Source: Escherichia phage phiSUSP1. From it: 64,000 nucleotides of DNA. The stretch is taken from the sequence record KT454805. One strand, written 5' to 3'. The notes under the pieces were generated by a model. It ran no database searches, was not told where the DNA came from, and saw only the letters and a list, made by a program, of their open reading frames with translations. The stretch's first letter is position 1. Every line of letters begins with the position of its first letter. The translations under genes were made by a program, and so were the position numbers. Below are positions 10,490 to 21,163 of the stretch, in pieces.

Positions 10490-12473
10490 AGGTCGTAAAT
10501 TGAAGGAAGCTGGTAATTTTGTTGGTCATTGTGCTTGCCCTAGATGTGGTTCATCAGATGCTGGTTCAATCTATCATCACGACGATGATTCTTATTCGAT
10601 GACTTGCTTTAGTTGCAACAAAGGTTTTCCAGAGTGGGATTTTGATAAAGGGCAAATTGTGAGTACTTATTCTACTGGTTCAGACAATAAAAATCGTACT
10701 TTCCGTGGTATGGATTTAGATGATGTAAAAGACAACCTTGAAGCAATGGATTTAAAAGACCGTAAGATTCCTGCAAAGGTTCTTGACCGTCTTGGTATCA
10801 AGGTTGATGTAGATGGTGAAGGTGAGATTGATGCACACTTTTACCCAACTTACAAGAAAGATGAAAACGGAAAGCTTGAGCATGTGGGTTATCGTGTTCG
10901 TCACCGTTATCCAGAAGACCATCCGAAAGAGCATCTTCGTGGTAAGTTGAAAGACTTCTCCGGTGGCGTAGGGGATATCAAAGGTGAACTGGCAATGTTC
11001 GGTTCGTGGATTGCTCCAGAAGGTGGTAACCGTCTATTCATCTGGGAAGGTGAGATGGAATGCGCTACAGCAATCTACATGACTTCTCTGGCAATTAAAG
11101 ATAAGTCTCGTCGTAAGAATTACTGCCACGTATCTGTTCCATCAGGTGCAAACATCAAGTCTATCAAAGACAACTATCAGTACATCACGTCATTTGATGA
11201 GATTTACCTGTGCTTTGATAACGATGAAGCAGGTGCAAAAGCCACTAAAGAGGCTGCTGGTATCCTTCCGATTGAGAAGGTTCGCTTATTCCAGTATCCA
11301 GAAGGTGTCAAAGACCTTAACGAATGGTGGACTAAGTTTTATAAAGAGAAAGATACAGTACTGGAAGGATTTAAACAGCGTATCTATAATGCACCTCGTT
11401 ACTGCCCTGCTGGTATCAAGAACTTCGCAGATGGTTTTGAGGCAATGAAGAATCGTGGTCAGATTCCACTGATTCCATTCCCAGAATCTTTCGGAGACTT
11501 GAACAGGCTGACTTATGGCGGTTATGGTCTAGGTGAGATTACAACTCTGGCAGCACCATCTTCAGTAGGTAAATCAGCTTACACTCGTGAAATGATTTAT
11601 ACTGCTTGGAAGGAAACTGATTACAATATCGGTGTGATTCCTGTAGAAGATACTTATGAAGAGTTAATGGAGATGCTTTGTGCGATTCACCTTAGCAAGC
11701 AGATTTCAGAGATTCCTTACGATGAACGTAATTGGGATGAAATCAAGGTTGCACATGCTGAGTTGTCTGCTGGTCGTCGTATTCACATCGTTGACCACCA
11801 AGGGGCAATCGACCAAGATAACCTGTTAGAGTTTGTTGACTATCTGGTTAACAGCTTAGACTGTAAGATTATTATTCTTGACCCTATCACACTGGCTCTG
11901 TCACGTTCTGATACGGATGAAGAAGAAGTCTTATCTGAACTGCTGCGTCGTTGCAAGCGTTACCAATATGCACAGGTAAACGTCTGTCACGTTCGTAAGA
12001 GTGCAGGTGGTCAGAAAGCTAACTCTGAAGGTGGTGATATTTCTGAAGAGGATATCAAGGGTTCTGGAGCATACTTCCAGATTTCCATGAACAACATTCT
12101 GTTAATGCGTAACAAGGTTGACCCAGACCCTGTGAAGAAAAACTTGACCAAAATCAAGTTAACTAAATGTCGTCGTCATGGTAAGTCAACTGGTATTGCT
12201 GGTCACACTTGGTATAATCCAGATACAGGCCGTCTTATCAAGGCTGCTGGTAGTGGTGTTGATATTGATGGTGCAGCAGAGAATATTCGTCAGCAGTTTG
12301 GTATTGGTGAAGCTGATGACCACTATGATGATTCTATGCCGCATTATGATGATGAAGTCTTTGACCGTGAGACTGGAGAGGTTTACACTCAAGAGCAACG
12401 TCAAAGTTCTACTATTCCACCAGTATTAAACGAAGACGGAGAAGATGATGACTGCCCGTTTGAAACTGACTGA
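10482..12473 (+). CDS. DNA primase-helicase (T7 gp4-like)
   Basis: N-terminal Cys4 zinc finger (CACPRCGS...CFSCNKG), TOPRIM-like region, Walker A GKSAYT and Walker B IIILDPIT; ATG at 10482 downstream of listed GTG. Confidence 0.85.
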   Translation: MSKGRKLKEAGNFVGHCACPRCGSSDAGSIYHHDDDSYSMTCFSCNKGFPEWDFDKGQIVSTYSTGSDNKNRTFRGMDLDDVKDNLEAMDLKDRKIPAKVLDRLGIKVDVDGEGEIDAHFYPTYKKDENGKLEHVGYRVRHRYPEDHPKEHLRGKLKDFSGGVGDIKGELAMFGSWIAPEGGNRLFIWEGEMECATAIYMTSLAIKDKSRRKNYCHVSVPSGANIKSIKDNYQYITSFDEIYLCFDNDEAGAKATKEAAGILPIEKVRLFQYPEGVKDLNEWWTKFYKEKDTVLEGFKQRIYNAPRYCPAGIKNFADGFEAMKNRGQIPLIPFPESFGDLNRLTYGGYGLGEITTLAAPSSVGKSAYTREMIYTAWKETDYNIGVIPVEDTYEELMEMLCAIHLSKQISEIPYDERNWDEIKVAHAELSAGRRIHIVDHQGAIDQDNLLEFVDYLVNSLDCKIIILDPITLALSRSDTDEEEVLSELLRRCKRYQYAQVNVCHVRKSAGGQKANSEGGDISEEDIKGSGAYFQISMNNILLMRNKVDPDPVKKNLTKIKLTKCRRHGKSTGIAGHTWYNPDTGRLIKAAGSGVDIDGAAENIRQQFGIGEADDHYDDSMPHYDDEVFDRETGEVYTQEQRQSSTIPPVLNEDGEDDDCPFETD

Positions 12474-12726
12474 TGCGTATCTTAAGGAGGGCTTTACGCC
12501 CTTCTATGAAGAAACAAATTCAGTAAAATTTAAAAAAGAGTGCTTGACTCGTATAGACGATTTCTGTAAAGTACTCATCAACGAAGGACATACGGTTGAG
12601 TTAGAGCACAGAGAACTTGAGATTGGCCTTGATGGAATCTTAGTTTCTGTTGACAATGATACTGGATATATGTTTAAGTTGACTGACAAAACATTTGAAT
12701 ACGAAATTTATCGGAGAGTTGTATGA
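12445..12726 (+). CDS. hypothetical small protein
   Basis: 93-aa ORF overlapping primase-helicase 3' end. Confidence 0.3.
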   Translation: MMTARLKLTDAYLKEGFTPFYEETNSVKFKKECLTRIDDFCKVLINEGHTVELEHRELEIGLDGILVSVDNDTGYMFKLTDKTFEYEIYRRVV

Positions 12727-12866
12727 AACATTCTAAAGCGTTTGAAAAAGTATTTGGCGATTCACTGAAAGCAACTGCTGGTAAATCTGCTGCACACTAC
12801 GAAGCAAAACGTGTTCGCACTGGTAAGACAGCACGTAAAGCAGCTAAAAAATCTGCTTAAAAGTGT

Positions 12867-12895
12867 TTGACAAGGGAGTATGAAGTCTGTAAGAT
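12867..12895 (+). promoter_or_regulatory. sigma70-like promoter
   Basis: TTGACA-N17-TAAGAT upstream of ORF 12946. Confidence 0.55.
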
Positions 12896-12945
12896 TGTAC
12901 TCCTTCAAGTTTGAAAGAAATAATTTTGAGAAAGAGGATTTAAGA

Positions 12946-13797
12946 ATGTCTAAAGTTGTTAAAATGAAATCTCCGGTAGAAAAATACAATGGTACTGAAC
13001 GTCAGACTCTGCGTTACTTGCTGAAAGATGTTTGGTTCTACTACCTGAACACTATTCCACGTCCGGGAAAAGGCAAGTCAGTTGATAAGAAATTCCCAGG
13101 CAAAGATTGTAACTACAGCGTTTCGATTCTGGCAAAAGACGGTAACAAACTCTTCAAAGAGTTCACCAAGTCTAAAAAGAATCCTGATGGTTGGGATAAA
13201 GTTACAACTGAAGCAGTTGATGCAGATGACTTCGAAGAGAAGTTTGGTTGCAAACCACCATTTGAAGCAGACACTTATCACATTCTGAAAGTAAGTCGTG
13301 CTGCTGCTTATAAAGATGGTGCAGTCTGGACAGCGAAACAGTCATTCCCTGTTATGCTGATTGAAGAAGTTAACGGTAAGCGTGTTGCAGTTAAACAGCC
13401 GATGAAGAAAATCAAGGCTCAACATTCTGACAAACACGATGACGACAAAACTTATGATGTTATTCACCCAGATATCGCAGTCGGCAACGGTTCATTTGGT
13501 AGTGTGATTCTTGCAACTCACTTCTACACTTTTGAAAGCAACGTTCTGACGAAGCCGATTCAGGAACAGTTTATCATTGATACTCTGGTTCCGTACACTG
13601 GTGGTACAGGTGGTAACGGTGAGCCTGAACTGGATGAAGATGAACTGGCTCTGCTTGGTCTGGATGGCGTTGAAGATAACGGTGAAATCACCGAAGAAGA
13701 TGCGAAGGATTCTGAAGATACTAACTCTGACGATGACGACGATGATATGCCAGACCCAGATGACGACGACGAAGAAGATTTCGATACTGAAGATTAA
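12946..13797 (+). CDS. putative ssDNA-binding protein (acidic C-terminal tail)
   Basis: C-terminal DDDDDDMPDPDDDDEEDFDTED tail as in phage SSBs; located between primase-helicase and exonuclease; ATG 12946 with AAGAGGA RBS. Confidence 0.4.
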   Translation: MSKVVKMKSPVEKYNGTERQTLRYLLKDVWFYYLNTIPRPGKGKSVDKKFPGKDCNYSVSILAKDGNKLFKEFTKSKKNPDGWDKVTTEAVDADDFEEKFGCKPPFEADTYHILKVSRAAAYKDGAVWTAKQSFPVMLIEEVNGKRVAVKQPMKKIKAQHSDKHDDDKTYDVIHPDIAVGNGSFGSVILATHFYTFESNVLTKPIQEQFIIDTLVPYTGGTGGNGEPELDEDELALLGLDGVEDNGEITEEDAKDSEDTNSDDDDDDMPDPDDDDEEDFDTED

Positions 13798-13814
13798 TTC
13801 TCAGTAGTTACTAC

Positions 13815-13845
13815 AAAGCCCTGTACTTAGTATGGGGCTTTTTCG
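13815..13845 (+). terminator. rho-independent terminator (terminator-RBS cassette)
   Basis: AAAGCCC-loop-GGGGCTTTTT then CGTATTGGAGATA. Confidence 0.45.
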
Positions 13846-13859
13846 TATTGGAGATACAA

Positions 13860-14900
13860 ATGGAAAAGTACACGTTAACAAAACTCCCAGATACTGTGAC
13901 ACATGTCTTTATTGACTCTGACAGTATTGCTTACAAGGGAGCCTGTGTCGTTGAGAAAGCAAAGTACAAGTATGTGAATAAACTCACTGCTGAAGAGTCT
14001 GATGCCTTTGAAAGTGCTAAAGATGCTAATCAATGGCTATCTGACCAGAGAGTTCTGACAGAGGAACTTGGTCTTGCATTCGATGAAGATGAATGGGAAA
14101 GACAATCTTGGAAAGAAGCTAAGAGTGAAAAAGAAGCTATTATGGCAACTCAACAAGTTCTTCAGGAATGGTTGAAGGTTGTCGGGAAAGAGCGAACTTG
14201 GATGGGCTACCTTACTGAAAAAGGTGTTCACAAGCATAAAGATATCAAAGGTCTTGAACATCAGTATCAAGGTAATCGTAAAGACGCAGTAACACCTACG
14301 CATTTAGTTGCTTGTCGTGAGTATCTTCTGTCACGACCTGAGTTTAAGCTCTTACTTAATGGGTTTGAAGCTGACTCCATTGTTATTGCAAAAGCTGAGA
14401 AGATGGGTAAGAAGGCTGCTCTTATGAGTATTGATAAAGACCTTCGCCAAGCGGAAGGAACTTACTGTATTGATATGACTTACGAGAAAGCCCCTCTGAT
14501 TTTCATTGCAGATGGTAACGTAGGTGATATTTGGGATTGTCCTATCAAGTCTAAGCCGAAAGCTAAAAAGACTGTTGGTGTAGGCTTCAAATTCCTCTGC
14601 TATCAAGCTGTAGCAGGAGATAACGCAGATAACTACTTTGGCCTTAAGGGTGCAGGGAAAGTTGCTGTAATGAACGCTCTGGAAGGTAAAGAGACCTATA
14701 AAGAGTGTCTTGACGCTATCTATGAACTCTACGCTAAGAAAGAGTCATATACTTATGAATCGTGGGATGGTCAGGTGATTACAAAAACACCTCTTGAATT
14801 AATGCACCAGCACTTCTGGATTGCCTATCAAGAACGTAACCCTAAAGACGATTTCACCTTTGCTAAATATGGTTGGGAGCCTGTTATGAATGAAGATTAA
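13860..14900 (+). CDS. 5'-3' exonuclease / flap endonuclease (T7 gp6-like)
   Basis: VFIDSDSIAYK, SIDKDLRQ and AGDNADNYFGLKGAGK match T7 gp6 VMDGDWLVFQ, SCDKDFK and GDITDGYSGIAGWG. Confidence 0.75.
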   Translation: MEKYTLTKLPDTVTHVFIDSDSIAYKGACVVEKAKYKYVNKLTAEESDAFESAKDANQWLSDQRVLTEELGLAFDEDEWERQSWKEAKSEKEAIMATQQVLQEWLKVVGKERTWMGYLTEKGVHKHKDIKGLEHQYQGNRKDAVTPTHLVACREYLLSRPEFKLLLNGFEADSIVIAKAEKMGKKAALMSIDKDLRQAEGTYCIDMTYEKAPLIFIADGNVGDIWDCPIKSKPKAKKTVGVGFKFLCYQAVAGDNADNYFGLKGAGKVAVMNALEGKETYKECLDAIYELYAKKESYTYESWDGQVITKTPLELMHQHFWIAYQERNPKDDFTFAKYGWEPVMNED

Positions 14901-15390
14901 AGGTTTTGGCAATTGCCCTGAATATGGACATTGGATTTCACTGTGCGGGGAGATTGACCCCGCTAAGTATTTTGGTTTCGTTTACTTAGTGTACTGCAAA
15001 AAGACTGGACAGTATTACATCGGTAAGAAGCAGTTTAACAATGTCACCAAGAAGAAAGTAGCTGGAAAGACCAGACGTAAGATTGTGACAAAAGAGAGTG
15101 ACTGGATGGTTTACCAGACCTCTTCTGAGTACATTAAGAAAGATATTGAAACTTTCGGTGAAAAAGAGTTTGACTTCTATATTGTGCAAACTTATTATAC
15201 GCGAGGTGGGTTGGTCTACGGAGAAGCTAACCTTCAACATAAGTTTGACGTCATGACAAAAAGGATTGACTCCAAGCTTCGACTCTTCTACAATGCAAAC
15301 ATTGCAGCAATCAAGTTTCTTACTAAAGAGACTTATGAAGATGCTGAGAAGAGAATCCATAAAATCATGAAACTTAATGAGAGAGAATAA
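14890..15390 (+). CDS. GIY-YIG family endonuclease-like protein
   Basis: FVYLVYCKKTGQYYIGKK resembles GIY-(10)-YIG motif. Confidence 0.45.
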   Translation: MKIKGFGNCPEYGHWISLCGEIDPAKYFGFVYLVYCKKTGQYYIGKKQFNNVTKKKVAGKTRRKIVTKESDWMVYQTSSEYIKKDIETFGEKEFDFYIVQTYYTRGGLVYGEANLQHKFDVMTKRIDSKLRLFYNANIAAIKFLTKETYEDAEKRIHKIMKLNERE

Positions 15391-15604
15391 GATTATGTTT
15401 AACAAACTGAAGAATGACCACGTAGCTAAAATTGACAGCCACATTGCAGCACTGAAAGATGCAATCATCAAAGCTAAAGAAGCTACGGAGTCCGAAATGG
15501 AGGCTCTTGAGTCCCAGATTCAGCACCTGATTAACAAGCGTGTTGAACTGAAAGGCCGACTGGATTATATTGAGTCTCAGCAGAAACTGTTTCAGGAGGT
15601 TTAA
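15377..15604 (+). CDS. hypothetical small coiled-coil protein
   Basis: 75-aa ORF. Confidence 0.35.
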   Translation: MRENKIMFNKLKNDHVAKIDSHIAALKDAIIKAKEATESEMEALESQIQHLINKRVELKGRLDYIESQQKLFQEV

Positions 15605-16359
15605 TGTTTAATTCCAGAGAATCCGTTTTAACTTGGAACCAGCGTTGTGGTAAAACCCCGTTGACTCCGTATACACCTGAGTACTGGTCTTCGATGCGTA
15701 GTCAAGCACTTTGCATGTTAGAAGAAGCCAAAGAGCTTTTGAAAGCTGTTGATGAAAAAGACCCTATCGAGGCTCTTGATGCTCAGGCAGACTTACAGTA
15801 TGTTCTTGATGGACTGATTTACCTTTCACAGCATGACCATGACGGAGCTATGAAAGCAGTCTGTGAGAATAACAACCTGAAGTATACCGATAACTACGAA
15901 GAAGCTTTGAAGCGTCTTGCAGATATCGAGAAACGTACTGGTGATGAATGTCGTGTACGTGCTTCAATGATTGACGGCAAAGAGTGGTACGCCATTATCC
16001 GTGAGTCTGATAAGAAGGTTATGAAGCAATCTAATCTTCCTAAAGTACAGCTTGCAGAGTTCATCGCGGAACTTGAAAGCAGAGAATTGTTCGTGGTAAC
16101 ATCTGACACATGCGTTATCTGTAAAGGTCTTGTAGGAAGTTTGAAAGACCTTGGATTGAGTGACTTCACAGAAGTTCGACCAATCAGTTCGAAAGCAGAC
16201 AAAGACTTCTGCCGAGAAAACGGATTATGGCTTGCAGATATTGTTTACTATGACGGTGAGAAGTTCCATGTGACCTCATACCCGAAACTGAACTATGATG
16301 CAAATAACCTTAAGAATTGGTTAAAAGGGGTTGGTTATAATGGATTCACAGAACATTAA
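15604..16359 (+). CDS. protein with N-terminal MazG-like nucleotide pyrophosphohydrolase motif
   Basis: LEEAKELLKAVDEKDPIEALDAQADLQYVLDGL resembles MazG/HisE EExxE...D motif pattern; C-terminal half unknown. Confidence 0.35.
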   Translation: MFNSRESVLTWNQRCGKTPLTPYTPEYWSSMRSQALCMLEEAKELLKAVDEKDPIEALDAQADLQYVLDGLIYLSQHDHDGAMKAVCENNNLKYTDNYEEALKRLADIEKRTGDECRVRASMIDGKEWYAIIRESDKKVMKQSNLPKVQLAEFIAELESRELFVVTSDTCVICKGLVGSLKDLGLSDFTEVRPISSKADKDFCRENGLWLADIVYYDGEKFHVTSYPKLNYDANNLKNWLKGVGYNGFTEH

Positions 16360-16663
16360 TACTGAAGAGGTGGCTCCAAAGAGCCATTTCTCAAACTATA
16401 ATCTCTCTATGACAGTGTTTATGAATGATTCACTGTTAGTAAAATACGGAGAGACACCAGAAACTTTACTGGATAATGAACAGGTCTTGAAAGCAGTGCT
16501 TTTCAAATATGGCCTGAACATTGAGAAAACGTATTCTTATGAGATTTGTCAACATCGCAATACGTTTGGAAAGGTTGTAACGGCTCCACTATTCATGGGT
16601 GTTGAACGCACTGATGATGGGTGGCTTTACCTAAAACGAAACTTGGATAAATATCATGTCTAA
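16331..16663 (+). CDS. hypothetical protein
   Basis: 110-aa ORF. Confidence 0.35.
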   Translation: MVIMDSQNINTEEVAPKSHFSNYNLSMTVFMNDSLLVKYGETPETLLDNEQVLKAVLFKYGLNIEKTYSYEICQHRNTFGKVVTAPLFMGVERTDDGWLYLKRNLDKYHV

Positions 16664-16991
16664 AGCAAACAAGCTTACAATTGAAGATGTAAAAGCTGGC
16701 GTTGAACTTGGAGTAGATAAGTTTGACAACCCTTTACGATTCGGTGACATAGTGATGTACACAGAAGATTGTAAAGGGCGAAGTGATATCAAGTTTGGTC
16801 GTGTTTCTGGTAAGCATCGTGGTAATTTTGTTATATCACGCATGGAAGATGACCCTTACGAAAACCTTGCAAAACTTTTTGATGAGACTAAGAGTTATTG
16901 GTATCACAACGCAATGTCAAAAGGTTCACTGACCAAGGTTTCTCACAAGTTTTATGAACTTTGGCAAAATAAACAAATCTTTAGCATTTAA
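16656..16991 (+). CDS. hypothetical protein
   Basis: 111-aa ORF. Confidence 0.35.
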   Translation: MSKANKLTIEDVKAGVELGVDKFDNPLRFGDIVMYTEDCKGRSDIKFGRVSGKHRGNFVISRMEDDPYENLAKLFDETKSYWYHNAMSKGSLTKVSHKFYELWQNKQIFSI

Positions 16992-16996
16992 TCTCT

Positions 16997-17023
16997 AAGG
17001 GGTCTCTTCGGAGACCCTTTTTC
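16997..17023 (+). terminator. rho-independent terminator
   Basis: GGGGTCTC-TTCG-GAGACCC followed by TTTTT. Confidence 0.7.
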
Positions 17024-17043
17024 ACCTGTAGGACTCTAAAATA

Positions 17044-19278
17044 ATGATTAAGACCATTCGCAAATCTGACGGTACAATCGTACCATTCGAACCAGAACGT
17101 TTAAACAAATGGGCTTCATGGGCTGACAAACGAGGAATCATTTGGTCAGAGGTAACTATGGAAGCTATGAAGCGTGTCTATGAAGGTTGCTCTACCAAAG
17201 AGATGCACCAAGCTATGATTGACGTTTGTATTGATAAGCAGACTCAAGAATACTCTGATATGGCTGGTCGATTACTTCTTGGTATCATCTACAAAGAAGC
17301 CTTTGGTGGTTTCACAAAAGTTCCTCAACTGTTTAACTTCGTTATGAAGATGGAGCAAATGGGATTGTGGGAACACATGGATTACACTGAACAAGAGATT
17401 GACTATTTACAAGGTCACATTGTTCACTCAAAAGATATCTCTTACGGCTATGCAGTACTGAAACAGTTCCGTGACAAATACGGTATCCGAGATATCAAGT
17501 CAGGTCGTCTGTTTGAGTCTCCACAGTTTATGTTTATGGGTATGGCTATGAAAGCCTTTGAGAGACAACCTAAGCACCGTAGACTGGAAGATGTTATCAA
17601 GCTGTACACTTACCTGTCTGACCTGAAGATTAACGCCCCTACGCCTTATCTGAATGGTTTACGTGCTACTAAGTCAGGTTATGCGTCATGCTGCTTAATC
17701 AAGGCTAATGACACTGCTGAGTCTCTTGGCATTGCTACTAAGGTAGCTTATGATATGACCACGAAGCAAGCTGGTATTGGTATGCTGATGGAGACCCGTA
17801 CAATTGGTGACGGTATCCGACAAAACACTATTGAGCATATGGGAAAACTCCCTTATTACAAGCTTGTACGTGCTGCTGTAGAAGCTAATAAGCAGAAGAG
17901 TCGTGGTGGTTCAGCTAACAACTTCTTTACTGCATTAGACCCACAGATAGAAGATTTGCTACGCTTAAAGCACCCTACAACGGTTCCTGCAAAGCGTATT
18001 AATGAGATGGACTACTCATTTGGTGCAAACGACTATTTCTGGCAGTGTGTACAGTACGATACAGATTGGTTATTGTTCTCTTACAAGGACGCACCAAGGT
18101 TGTATGATATGTTCTACACGGCTAGTGCTGATGAGTTTGCTATGGCAGTCGGTCACGCAGTACATACAGGTGTTAAACATAAACGTGTAAAAGCTCGTGA
18201 AGTCGCTAAACTGTTTATCCAGCAACGTTATGCTACAGGACGTGTTTACCCGTTCTTTACTAACAATGCAAACTACCATACACCTTTCAAAGAGCCTTTG
18301 AAAATGTCTAACCTGTGTATGGAAATTGTATTGCCAGTACATGGTTTTGAAGATGAACGAGACCTATACAGCTACACAGCCAAGAAAGAAGATGGTGAAG
18401 TTGCTCTTTGCTTCCTAGCTAGTTTGGTTGCAGGGAGAATCTCAGAAGATGAATACGCTGACGTTGCTTATTATGCTCTGGCAATGGTTGACTCCGTTAT
18501 TGACCTTATGGATTATCCGTATCCGTCGATGCGTAACCATGTTCAGAAGCGTCGTTCTGTTGGTATTGGCCTTACTAATGTGGCTCATTACCTTGCGAAG
18601 AACTATGTGAACTATTCTTCAAGAGCAGGTAAAACTAAGCTTCATGAGTTGGCTGAGATGCACTCTTACTTCTTGCATGAGGCATCTTTAAGACTTGCAA
18701 AAGAACGTGGTGTACCAGAGTACATGCAGTTTACCAAGTACCCTGATGGTTGGGTTCCACCTAAGACTGCTAACAAGAAGATTGATGAGAAACACGATGC
18801 AAAACTTCGTTATGATTGGGATGACCTGTCACATCGAATTAAAGAAAATGGCGGTATCCGTAACTCTGTGTTAGAGGCTTACATGCCTAATGAGAGTTCT
18901 TCTCTGGCAACTAACACGACAAACGGTTTATACCCTATTCGTGACTTTATCTTAACCAAGAAGTCTGCAACTGGTAACGTGCTGTTTATTGTACCTGACT
19001 ATGAAGAATTGAAGTACGTCTATGAAATTGCTTGGGATATTGACACTTTTGATATGATTGATTGTTATGCAATTGTTCAAAAATTCACTGGTCAAGCTAT
19101 CTCTTCAGATTTCTATGTTGACTACTCAAAGTCTAAGAAGGTATCATTAGAACTAGCTTTGAAATACATGATTTATGCAAACCTTGTTGGTTTGAAAACT
19201 ATGTACTACCTGAACAGTCGTATTGGTGTTGGTAAATCAGCACTGCAAGATGCCTACTGTGAGGGTTGTGGTGTTTAG
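17044..19278 (+). CDS. nrdA: ribonucleotide reductase class Ia alpha subunit
   Basis: 744 aa; active-site NLCMEIVLP; N-terminal ATP-cone-like. Confidence 0.9.
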   Translation: MIKTIRKSDGTIVPFEPERLNKWASWADKRGIIWSEVTMEAMKRVYEGCSTKEMHQAMIDVCIDKQTQEYSDMAGRLLLGIIYKEAFGGFTKVPQLFNFVMKMEQMGLWEHMDYTEQEIDYLQGHIVHSKDISYGYAVLKQFRDKYGIRDIKSGRLFESPQFMFMGMAMKAFERQPKHRRLEDVIKLYTYLSDLKINAPTPYLNGLRATKSGYASCCLIKANDTAESLGIATKVAYDMTTKQAGIGMLMETRTIGDGIRQNTIEHMGKLPYYKLVRAAVEANKQKSRGGSANNFFTALDPQIEDLLRLKHPTTVPAKRINEMDYSFGANDYFWQCVQYDTDWLLFSYKDAPRLYDMFYTASADEFAMAVGHAVHTGVKHKRVKAREVAKLFIQQRYATGRVYPFFTNNANYHTPFKEPLKMSNLCMEIVLPVHGFEDERDLYSYTAKKEDGEVALCFLASLVAGRISEDEYADVAYYALAMVDSVIDLMDYPYPSMRNHVQKRRSVGIGLTNVAHYLAKNYVNYSSRAGKTKLHELAEMHSYFLHEASLRLAKERGVPEYMQFTKYPDGWVPPKTANKKIDEKHDAKLRYDWDDLSHRIKENGGIRNSVLEAYMPNESSSLATNTTNGLYPIRDFILTKKSATGNVLFIVPDYEELKYVYEIAWDIDTFDMIDCYAIVQKFTGQAISSDFYVDYSKSKKVSLELALKYMIYANLVGLKTMYYLNSRIGVGKSALQDAYCEGCGV

Positions 19279-19333
19279 TTTTAATAACTATGAGGGTCGT
19301 AAAAGACCCTCTAAAATTAACTTGGAGAAAGAT

Positions 19334-19609
19334 ATGCTAGATTTAATTCGTAATGCAAGAGTACGTAGCAAAGATAGCTCACTATACTTATTCTATATCC
19401 CAAGACGGTCTTTGTATTATATTGCAGATTTGGACTTAAAAGTTAAGATGCCAGATGATTCTTGGAAAGAGCATATACGTTATGTGGATTGCTTTAATCC
19501 AAAGCAAACATATGCAAGGCCACTAGATATGTTCAATAAGAACAATTGGGTTGTTTTGACGACAACCGAAGCCAGAAACTTTTTAGATACAGGAATCTTA
19601 CCGGAATGA
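19334..19609 (+). CDS. hypothetical small protein between nrdA and nrdB
   Basis: GGAGAAAG RBS then ATG 19334; 91 aa. Confidence 0.35.
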   Translation: MLDLIRNARVRSKDSSLYLFYIPRRSLYYIADLDLKVKMPDDSWKEHIRYVDCFNPKQTYARPLDMFNKNNWVVLTTTEARNFLDTGILPE

Positions 19610-20679
19610 TTAATCCACATCCAATTTTCTTAGGTGGTGAACGAAAGACTTTCGATTCACTAAATAAACACTATCCAAAAATCTTTGAACTGTATAAGCA
19701 GCAGAAAGCACAAGACTGGTCTGAAGATGAGTTCCCGTTTGAACAGTCACGACTAGATTTTGAAAGCGTTCCACAGTCAATGTCTGGTGTAATGCTTGAA
19801 ATTCTTAAGTGGCAATGGGAAGCAGATACACAGGTTGCTAAAAGTTTAGCTTTTGCATTTGCACCATTCATCTCTGATGATATCTATGCAACTGCTATTA
19901 TGAAGCAATCAGAAATTGAGAACCTTCATGCACTAACTTATTCAGAGATTGTACGTCAGTGTATTAAGAACCCTGAAACAATCCTTGATGAAATTAACCA
20001 GAACGCTGCTGTTCAGGACAGACTGAAAACTGTTAACAGAGCATTGGCAGAACTGCTTGACGAAGGTATTAACTATCGTCTAAACTACGTTCGACAAGAA
20101 TTGATTGAGAAAGACCCTTTACATTTCCATAAGGTAATTTTGAAAGGTCTTTTCGCAGTGACAGCACTTGAAGGAATTTCTTTCATGGCATCCTTTGCAT
20201 GTACCTTTGCACTTGATGCTCAAGATAAATTCCAAGGTATTGCTCAAGCAGTACAGAAAATTATGCTTGATGAAATCATTCACACAAAGATTGATATCGA
20301 AGCATTAAAAGAAACTTTGAAAGACGAAGAGTGGCAAGAAGCGTTCCGTCAAGTACTCCCAGAAATTAAAGTAATTCTGGATGAAGTAGTTGAAAGTGAA
20401 GAGAAATGGTCTTATTATATTTTCTCTGAAGGACGCGCTGTTGTAGGGTTAAATACAAAACTTCTTCACGAATGGGTTTACTACAACGCTGCTCCATTGT
20501 ATGATATGTTTGGTATTCCAAGAGACTTTGTAGCTCCTAAAGAACCACCTTTGAAATATATGATTAAGAAGATGGAAATTGATAAAGAGCAAAACGCTAA
20601 CCAAGAACAACAAAATGGTGCGTATCTTTTGAATACTGTTGTTGATGATTTAAATTCAGGATTTTTAGAGGTTCCTTAA
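19606..20679 (+). CDS. nrdB: ribonucleotide reductase class Ia beta subunit
   Basis: ferritin-like di-iron protein; listed ORF begins at an upstream TTG, ATG 19606 preferred. Confidence 0.85.
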   Translation: MINPHPIFLGGERKTFDSLNKHYPKIFELYKQQKAQDWSEDEFPFEQSRLDFESVPQSMSGVMLEILKWQWEADTQVAKSLAFAFAPFISDDIYATAIMKQSEIENLHALTYSEIVRQCIKNPETILDEINQNAAVQDRLKTVNRALAELLDEGINYRLNYVRQELIEKDPLHFHKVILKGLFAVTALEGISFMASFACTFALDAQDKFQGIAQAVQKIMLDEIIHTKIDIEALKETLKDEEWQEAFRQVLPEIKVILDEVVESEEKWSYYIFSEGRAVVGLNTKLLHEWVYYNAAPLYDMFGIPRDFVAPKEPPLKYMIKKMEIDKEQNANQEQQNGAYLLNTVVDDLNSGFLEVP

Positions 20680-20921
20680 TGACTTATGTAATTTACTCAA
20701 AAGATGGATGCCCACAATGTGTGACTGCTAAAAACTTTGCTCAGGCTCGTGGCCTAGACCACGTTGTAAGAATGCTTGGCAAAGATTATGAGCTAAGTGA
20801 CCTTATGGATATTTCAAAAGTTCCTGTTCGTCAGATGCCTTTCATTATGAAGGTTGAAGATAATGAAATGAAACCAGTTGGAACACTACAAAACTTTATG
20901 GCAGAGGTGAATAATGCTTAA
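20679..20921 (+). CDS. glutaredoxin/thioredoxin-like protein (NrdC/NrdH-like)
   Basis: CPQC redox motif; 80 aa; directly after nrdB. Confidence 0.7.
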   Translation: MTYVIYSKDGCPQCVTAKNFAQARGLDHVVRMLGKDYELSDLMDISKVPVRQMPFIMKVEDNEMKPVGTLQNFMAEVNNA

Positions 20922-21114
20922 ACGTTTATGGGATGGTTTTGTTGAAGATGCACCGATGATTGCTCTTGCATTCATGGTTATCAGTATGTTTACTGATTTA
21001 AAACAAGGTGTCCTCTTCGGAGCTATGCTAGTATGGGTTATCTTTGAGATACTGGATATTCAGCATGACTTAAGCGGAAAACTTAAAAAGCTTATTGAAA
21101 AGTTTTCTAAGTAG
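20914..21114 (+). CDS. small membrane protein
   Basis: hydrophobic segment IALAFMVISMF...LFGAMLVWVIF. Confidence 0.3.
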   Translation: MLKRLWDGFVEDAPMIALAFMVISMFTDLKQGVLFGAMLVWVIFEILDIQHDLSGKLKKLIEKFSK

Positions 21115-21123
21115 ATTTAATAT

Positions 21124-21150
21124 AAGGGTCTCTTCGGAGACCTTTTTTGC
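21124..21150 (+). terminator. rho-independent terminator
   Basis: GGGTCTC-TTCG-GAGACC followed by TTTTTT; lies inside the listed 5' extension of the nrdD ORF. Confidence 0.65.
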
Positions 21151-21163
21151 ATTAGGAGTTAGA

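Noticed and set aside
14037-14606. Minus-strand ORFs inside the exonuclease gene
   Set aside because: Nested antisense within a gene with clear T7 gp6-like motifs.
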